From assembly GCA_964016885.1 (NCBI GenBank), contig OZ024756.1, positions 24,614,001 to 24,678,000 of the forward strand: a stretch of DNA of 64,000 bases. The letters are read 5' to 3'. Below are positions 56,129 through 64,000 of this stretch, piece after piece. Position numbers and translations under genes: made by a program. The DNA is from Eledone cirrhosa (Eukaryota). Within the stretch, counting starts at the first letter, position 1. Every line of letters starts with the position of its first letter. Below the pieces are notes generated by a model. The model worked only from the letters and a program-made list of their open reading frames with translations, was not told the origin of the DNA and searched no databases.

Positions 56129-57066
56129 ATTTAATTGACATCTAGTTATTTAATGTATAACTTTAGACAAAACCTCTAATTGGGGGGGGGGGCAACAACA
56201 GGAATTCCCCTATTGCTTGTATTGCCAAAAAACAAAGACGTTTTAAATATCAAATCGTTGGTGGAGAAAATGACTGCCTGGTAGCAATATGGCAGCAAAA
56301 CAAATACTTCCTTACCCGAGAATCGTATACAGAAGAGGAGGAGCAGGCAAGTGAATAACCTCTGTTTTTGCAAACAAAGGAGAGGGTTTTCAATTACCTT
56401 CAAATGAGTTTTTTGAGAAGGCCCTAACCGATGCATGGTAGAATAAGGTTTCCATCAACCGCAGCAAAATATATGGTAGTGTTCACCGGGTTTTCAAGAC
56501 TGAGGATGAAAGGTAACATGTCGGTTTGGTAAACTACACTCTTTTGCCCCGAAGAACTAGAAAAAGGGAAATTCGAAAGCGCGGTGGACAGCAGCAGAAC
56601 CACCACCAACAAAAGTTGCAGCTCGTGAGGGATAGACTTTCCAACAACATCACTAGTTGCACAACCACATGCAGCTCCGAGGACGGTCGAAAAAGCTCAC
56701 TTTGTTACCCTAAGACCAAAGATTAACGAACAATATGTCCTTCGTTTGGACACAACTAACAGTTACACTCCATCGTCCTGTGACAATGAGGAGGAAGACC
56801 TGAAGAGTGTGGAAAGGGAGAAGTGTTGTAGCAGTGAGTAAGAAGGGTAGACAAAGATTAAAAGCTTTCCCCTAATGAAATCAATAAGAACGTGCGTGGA
56901 GGTGTCCCTTCTCTGGAATATATTTTTCATGTTTACGCGAAGCACTAATATTTACCACGTGGAAATTATGGAAGACCTAAAGCAAGATGAGCTGCTTGTT
57001 GGAGAGACGGAATTAAAGCCAGAAATATCCCAGAAGTTTCGAAAGATAACGTATTTGTGAAACGCT

Positions 57067-57290
57067 CCACTAGTTAAACTATGTGAAGACCTCACTAGTT
57101 AAACTATGTGAAAACTTCACTAGTTAAATTATGTGAAAACTTCACTAGTTAAATTATGTGAAGACTTCACTAATTAAATTATATGAAAACCTCATTAGGT
57201 AAACTAGTTAAAATATGTGAAAACCTCACCAGTTAAACTACGTGAAGACTTCACTAGTTAAATTATGGGAAAACCGCGCTAGTAAAATAT
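57067..57290. repeat. 25-bp minisatellite (cactagttaaaYtatgtgaaRacYt), ~9 copies
   Basis: Visible 25-nt period. Confidence 0.9.
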
Positions 57291-57479
57291 GATAACCTGA
57301 AACTAGAATACGGTGAATTTTATGGGAGTGATTAGGAGAATGCAAGGAAATTCATCGGTGCCCCGTTGTTCAATATATACAGTGGTAGGTGAGTTGGGAG
57401 AATGCGAGGAAAAATATTGCTGTCTATACTAACTTTCTAGACGTTTTTCTTTACTCTTTATAGCACGGACTGGTTAAGC

Positions 57480-58410
57480 TTGCACGGGGCCATTACATAT
57501 TTCTCTTGGATATGCCAACGTATGTATTGGCATGGAGATGGAGATCAAAGCACCCTCTCCCAGTTGTCCTCCTTCAACACTACAGACACACGCTCAGGGC
57601 AGGTCCATTTACACGGGCCATTCTTGCCTCTCTCACCCACCATTCAAAAAACCGGCTGGAAAGCAGCGCTTCCTCTCCTCTCCTCTCCTCTCTGATTTTC
57701 CTTTTCAGGTGAAACAGGAAAAAGTTAGTGAAAGCGTTGCCGAAGAGGAAAGTGCCCGTTTTCAACCTTTTCAGGTGCGTCCAGCATACCACCTCTTTTA
57801 CCATTGCCATCAGGCAGATTTTAAAAAATGCATGCCCTTCCAGGTTAAAGGAGCACGGCGGGGCAATCTTCATGATGGACTCAGCTGATAGTCTCATCCG
57901 TCCTGCACGTGGCAGCAGATGTTCGACATAAACCCAGAAGTTAGCCACACTCGGATACTGGACGAGTGTGTGCCGGACGGATTCGTCGCCCCGCGTGCAT
58001 CTGGGACAGGACCAGCTGACGGCATTTCCATTCTTGTAAAGTTTGTCTCTCCGGTAGCACTGCCAGGCCAGGGATTTCTGGAAGTTATCCATTGGCCCTG
58101 GACCGAAAGCCCTCCAGAAGATAATAGCTAGCTGGCTTTCGTCGACACCCAGAATTTTCCCAAGGGAGTCAACGTTCTTGCCCTCCACTAACCATCTACA
58201 GAAAGCCAAGGTGGAGTTTACACCGATCGCAAAGCCCAATTGGCAAAGGGCAGTAAGCGCTTGGAGATATTCCAGTTTCCAAGCGCTCCCTCCCGGTCTC
58301 CGCTTGACAATAATAATAATTTGGAGCCATTTCAATATTGTGTGGCACCCTGGCTACAGCTAAATCAGCCCACCTGTCTCGGAGGTACTGAACAGACTCA
58401 AGGGTAATGT
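57480..58410 (-). mobile_element. L1/Tx1-clade LINE ORF2 C-terminal fragment
   Basis: ORF 57580-58335 with AWQCYR...CPRCTRGDESVRH zinc-finger-like region; paralogous to 58954-59430. Confidence 0.75.
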
Positions 58411-58479
58411 CTCTTCGTTACTCAACACCACCAACAACAACAACACCAAAACAATAGCAAAAACAACACCAACAACAAC

Positions 58480-58511
<32 letters not shown>

Positions 58512-58823
58512 CATCAACGATAACAACACCAACAACAGTAACAACAAAAAACTACAACAGCATCAACAACGACAACAACATCAACAGCAACAACAACAAA
58601 AAACTACTACAACAACAATAACAACTATAACAAATATTGCTTTCAGAAGAATCACTCTATCTATCTATCTATCCATCTATCTATTTTTTGTTATATTTTA
58701 TTTTATTTTTATACTTTGTTATTGCCTCCTCCTTATTGAGGACGCCTTTTTGTGTAAACTCCCCCCTTTGTACTTGTCCCACTTTTGATGCTCTGGTGGC
58801 AAATAAAAGAAACATTATCTATA

Positions 58824-58867
<44 letters not shown>

Positions 58868-58868
<1 letters not shown>

Positions 58869-59828
58869 CGAGTGCCTTCAGGCGCTCACAGCCCTCTACC
58901 AAGCGGAAACGGCAATCAGCGGAGACTCCACATCGACATTCTATAGGGGATTAGTGGAGGATAATTGCGACGACGTTCTCGGAGAAACTCTAGGCATCGA
59001 GGAGGACGAACTGACCAGTCTGTTCGGCAGAACTTTCCGTCCAGGGCCTATGGATAACTTCCAGAGGTCTCTGGCCTGGCAGTGCTACCGAGGAGCTCTA
59101 CCAGTTCGAGACAAAATCTACAGGCACGGACGCCCTGGCAGACATCCTCCCAAAAGGACCTGTCCAAGATGCGAGCAGGACATCGAAACCGTCCTGCACG
59201 CAAATGTTCAGTGCCCAGGGGTGACCGACCTGTGGAATTATGTCGAACAGCTGCTGTCACGTGTGGGATGCATCCAGTTGTCAGCCGAGTCCATCGTGAG
59301 GATAACCCCGCCGCCTTCATTTAAGAACGAAGGAGAGGCGGTTTTCCTCTGTCTGGTAGCTATGGCGAAAGAGGTAATATGGTGGACGAGGTTAAAAGGA
59401 CTGAGGGCAAGCACCTCTCTCTCCGGATAACAACTCATCCCCTTCTTTAAGTACTACTTCAGAAGGAAGGTGAGAGTGAAGAGAGAGGTGCTACACCCCA
59501 GTAAATTCGCTGAAAGGTGGGTGAATGTGGCGAAAATGGCCTGAGTGAATGGGCCTTCTCTGTATATAAACCTGTAGGTTGAGGAAGATAAACAGTGGGA
59601 AGACAGGAACACCTGCAAAACGTGTTCCTGGTGTTGGGGGTTGTTCTATCCACGGGGTGCAAAACAACCCTGCAGTAACGTTCCCCCTTACTGGGGATTT
59701 CAATTGTTATTTTATTATATATAGTTTATTGTTATTTATTAATGTTAAAGTTTAATTTTATGTAAAACCCCCGCCGTCACGTCTTGTAATGTCCTATTTT
59801 TGTACGCCCCTGTGGCAAATAAAGAAAG
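58868..59828 (+). mobile_element. 5'-truncated L1/Tx1-clade LINE with 3'UTR, inserted in (TATC)n
   Basis: AWQCYRGALPVRDK...CPRCEQDIETVLHANVQC (CCHC). Ends gtggcaaataaagaaaga then tatctatc. A short related 3' end lies at 58684-58815. Confidence 0.8.
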
Positions 59829-59904
59829 ATATCTATCTATCCATCCACATATCTATCTATCCATCTATCTATCTATCTATTTCTCTATCTATCTCTTACA
59901 ACCC

Positions 59905-59991
<87 letters not shown>

Positions 59992-60005
59992 CCTCTCTCT
60001 CTCCA

Positions 60006-60117
<112 letters not shown>

Positions 60118-60544
60118 CCTCGCTCTCTTGCTCTCTATGTATCTATCTATCTCTCTCTCTCGTTCTCGCAGACACACACACACACACCAACACACAATCA
60201 CATACACACCAACACACACCAACACGCACACTGACACACACACACACTGACACACACACACTGACCCTAATGTGCACAGCTGCGCACCGACGCCTTTCTT
60301 TCAACTGGTTTCATACATGTCTTAACATGTAGGTTGTAGAGTGGTGGTGGTGGTGGTGGTGGTGGTAGTGTTGGTGGTGACGATGGTGGTGCTGCTGGTG
60401 GTGCTGGTTGTTATATTGGTGATGCTGGTGGTGTGGGTGATGCTGGTATTGGTGGCGGTGGTGGTAAGTGCGGTGACGGCACTAGTGGTGCTGACAGCTG
60501 CGACGGTTGTGGTGGCGGTGACGTGTTTGATGAATTTTGGGGGT

Positions 60545-60584
<40 letters not shown>

Positions 60585-60909
60585 GCAACAATAGCAACAT
60601 CAACAGTACCGCCAATAAAAATAGCAACACTAGCCAACAGCAATAACAATAGCAGCAACAGCAACAACAGCAACAAAAACAGCAGCAACAACAACAACAT
60701 CAACAGTACCGCCAATAAAAATAGCAACACTAGCCAACAGCAATAACAATAGCAGCAACAGCAACAACAGCAACAAAAACAGCAGCAACAACAACAACAA
60801 CTGCAGCAGCAGCAGCAGTAACAGCGTCAGCAAGAAAAACAATACCCCCATCTAAATGTTTCCTGTTGATTAGTTTGAAAATATATTGAGACTAAAGTAC
60901 ATAGTTGTA

Positions 60910-60912
60910 ACC

Positions 60913-60950
<38 letters not shown>

Positions 60951-60984
60951 GCTACTACTACTACCACCACCACCACTACTACTA

Positions 60985-61050
<66 letters not shown>

Positions 61051-61081
61051 GCTACTACTACTACCACCACCACCACTACTA

Positions 61082-61138
<57 letters not shown>

Positions 61139-61152
61139 CACTACTACTACTA

Positions 61153-61188
<36 letters not shown>

Positions 61189-61267
61189 GCTACTACTACT
61201 ACCACCACTACTACTACTACACTACTACTACTACTACTACTACTACTACGCTACTACTACTACCACC

Positions 61268-61323
<56 letters not shown>

Positions 61324-61354
61324 GCTACTACTACTACCACCACCACCACTACTA

Positions 61355-61414
<60 letters not shown>

Positions 61415-61445
61415 GCTACTACTACTACCACCACCACCACCACTA

Positions 61446-61478
<33 letters not shown>

Positions 61479-61545
61479 GCTACTACTACTACCACCACCA
61501 CCACTACTACTACTACACTACTACTACTACTACTACTACTATTGC
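60910..61545. repeat. Compound (TAC)n/(CAC)n microsatellite with higher-order structure
   Basis: Direct inspection. Confidence 0.95.
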
Positions 61546-61799
61546 TGCGGTTGCTGCTACTGCTACTGCTGCTGATGATGATATTACTACTACTACTACT
61601 ATTATTACGTGAGCACTGCCACCGCTACCACCACACCCACTAAAAATAACAGCCCAATTATCCTCAAATCACACCCTACCGTCTTAAATAAGAAAAGAGG
61701 AGATATTGGAAAATCTTAGTCTTAAATTTATATAAAACAAAAATGGCAGGATAGTAATGAATGTAACGTCTTTGGTCATAGGCAGGCCTGTTAGAAGAC

Positions 61800-62590
61800 G
61801 ACTATAGGTTCAGCACAGATGTGAAATGTGAATTGTAGCACCACAAAGCTAGTAATAGACTCAGGTCAGATGTGAAATGTAAAATGTAGGACCACAAAGG
61901 TAGTAATAGACCCAGGTCAGATGTGAAATGTGAAATGTAGGACCACAAAACTAGTAATAGACTCAGGTCAGATGTGAAATGTAGGACCACAAAGCTAGTA
62001 ATAGACTCAGGTCAGATGTGAAATGTAGGACCACAAAACTAGTAATAGACTCAGGTCAGATGTGAAATGTAGGACCACAAAACTAGTAATAGACTCAGGT
62101 CAGATGTGAAATGTAGGACCACAAAGCTAGTAATAGACTCAGGTCAGATGTGAAATGTAGGACCACAAAACTAGTAATAGACTCAGGTCAGATGTGAAAT
62201 GTAGGACCACAAAACTAGTAATAGACTCAGGTCAGATGTGAAATGTAGGACCACAAAGCTAGTAATAGACTCAGGTCAGATGTGAAATGTGAAATGTAGG
62301 ACCACAAAGCTAGTAATAGACTTAGGTCAGATGTGAAATGTGAAATGTAGGACCACAAAGCTAGTAATAGACTTAGGTCAGATGTGAAATGTGAAATGTA
62401 GGACCACAAAGCTAGTAATAGACCCAGGTCAGATGTGAAATGTGAAATGTAGGACCACAATGCTAGTAATAGACTCGAGCCAGACGTTGACTGTATGTAC
62501 CGAAAGCTAGTAAGGATTTCAGATGTGAAACGTGTGCCGCGCACCACCCGATCCAAAAGTCAGTAATAGGAGCAGTCAAGATGTGAAATA
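61800..62590. repeat. 44/51-bp minisatellite gactcaggtcagatgtgaaat(gtgaaat)gtaggaccacaaaRctagtaata
   Basis: About 14 good copies with degenerate edges; no unique spacers. Confidence 0.95.
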
Positions 62591-63171
62591 TAAGCGGCTA
62601 TTTTAAATTACACTTTAAGTATTTTGTTGGTAATGAGCCAAGTGAGAAACAATGTTGTCGGCTGCTTCTCCTTGTTTTTCGTAAGCCTAAAGAAGTGTGG
62701 CGGTGATCAGTTCACAATCTTTAAAAAATTCATAGTGGAAAGCTGTCAAATGTTTTTCATAAACATATGTGTATGTGTTCCAACGCTATGTTGGAGCACC
62801 AAAACTAATATATGTGTGTATACGTGTAACCCAATATATTTATATATATAATGTACATGATGTCGTCTGCAATGTTTAACAACATGGTGGCGTCCTTAAT
62901 ATTTACAATGTCCATTAAGTTTACATTTGTAATCATCCATTTTGTCTAATGCGTTAATGGTACTTAACTGAACATGTATGTATGTCTATATATATATATA
63001 GAGAGAGAGAGTTGATGTTGGTGTTGGAGATTTAAGAGGATGGTAGCGTTGAAGTAATCAGTAGACGTATATAACATTTGGCATCTGATTAGAATTAGCA
63101 ACAGTGTGCTGACATCACTATATCTACATGGCTTGTATTTTTACATATATATATATGGGTATATATACGTG

Positions 63172-63251
<80 letters not shown>

Positions 63252-63333
63252 CATACATATACACGTATATATACCCATATATATATGTAAAAATACAGGC
63301 CATGTAGATATATATATATATATATATATATAA

Positions 63334-63485
63334 GAAAAGAATCAGGACCCCGACGGCTGAGCTTTGGCAGTTTCGACAGCTAGATACGAACTAAGCTGGT
63401 TTAGTTCGGATCTAGCTGTCGAAACGGCTGGAGCTCAGTCGTCGGGGCCCTGACTCTTTTCCTATTACCCATTCTACTACCAAGC
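63334..63485. mobile_element. Penelope-like terminal remnant with a ~128-bp imperfect palindrome
   Basis: ggaccccgacggctgagc...gtcgaaacggctggagctcagtcgtcggggccc, followed by the cctattaccc flank. Confidence 0.6.
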
Positions 63486-63777
63486 ACACAACACACAAAA
63501 ACAGGATGGTGTACGAAGTTACAGAATGTGTGACAAAATGGCCTTGACAATATGTAAGCAACTATTCGGTTATTGAACCAACCAACTGGAAATGTACTAT
63601 AAATTGAAGTGAAAACCGTGTCTTTTTATTGGCACTATGACGCACTTAAAGTATAACAGTCTGTTTCAATACATGTTTCCAGATAAGAAATCTTGCAAAA
63701 CAAATAAAAAATGAAGTATATATATATATATAATGTATGTATGTATGTATATTTATGTGTATATATATGTATATATG

Positions 63778-63875
<98 letters not shown>

Positions 63876-64000
63876 CATATATTATATATTTATATATATA
63901 GTAATAATAATAAATTTGAAGACTAAAATCCAAATTTTGGATGGCCATTGACTCTTAAGAGCTCCTTTGCCCTTTGACAGGTTTTGTTTTTAGTCCTGCA

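Noticed and set aside
56180-57060. Coding-like stretch, possibly an old retroelement
   Set aside because: No recognisable motif in any frame by eye; needs a translated search.
61800-62590. CRISPR-like regular repeats (also 57067-57290 and 53257-53900)
   Set aside because: No unique spacers, no cas genes, and a eukaryotic context; these are tandem minisatellites.

Overview
AT-rich, microsatellite-dense, intron-containing animal genomic DNA. The SINE types and repeat content suggest a cephalopod (Octopus-like) genome, which is an inference. Left half (1-~32,560): a head-to-tail tandem array of a ~7.9-8.3 kb unit, plus one unit shortened to ~4.6 kb. Each unit carries a minus-strand 4-exon gene that the ORF track shows only in pieces. 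The exons are a signal-anchor exon ending ...LEKR..., a 22/25-nt micro-exon, a 78-nt exon, and a large exon encoding a Cys-rich domain resembling invertebrate 'short-chain collagen C4-like'/spongin NC1-related proteins, without a triple helix. Three complete copies, one copy running off the left edge and one orphan first exon are present. Right half: no host gene found. It holds a decayed Penelope-like retroelement (RT + GIY-YIG), tRNA-derived SINEs, MITEs, L1/Tx1 and other LINE fragments, and very long micro- and minisatellites. It also holds a set of minimal type I hammerhead ribozyme motifs, three of which are sequence-divergent yet share one covarying fold, and long fold-back palindromes made of mirrored hammerhead halves. 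All calls are by eye; no database searches or folding programs were run.
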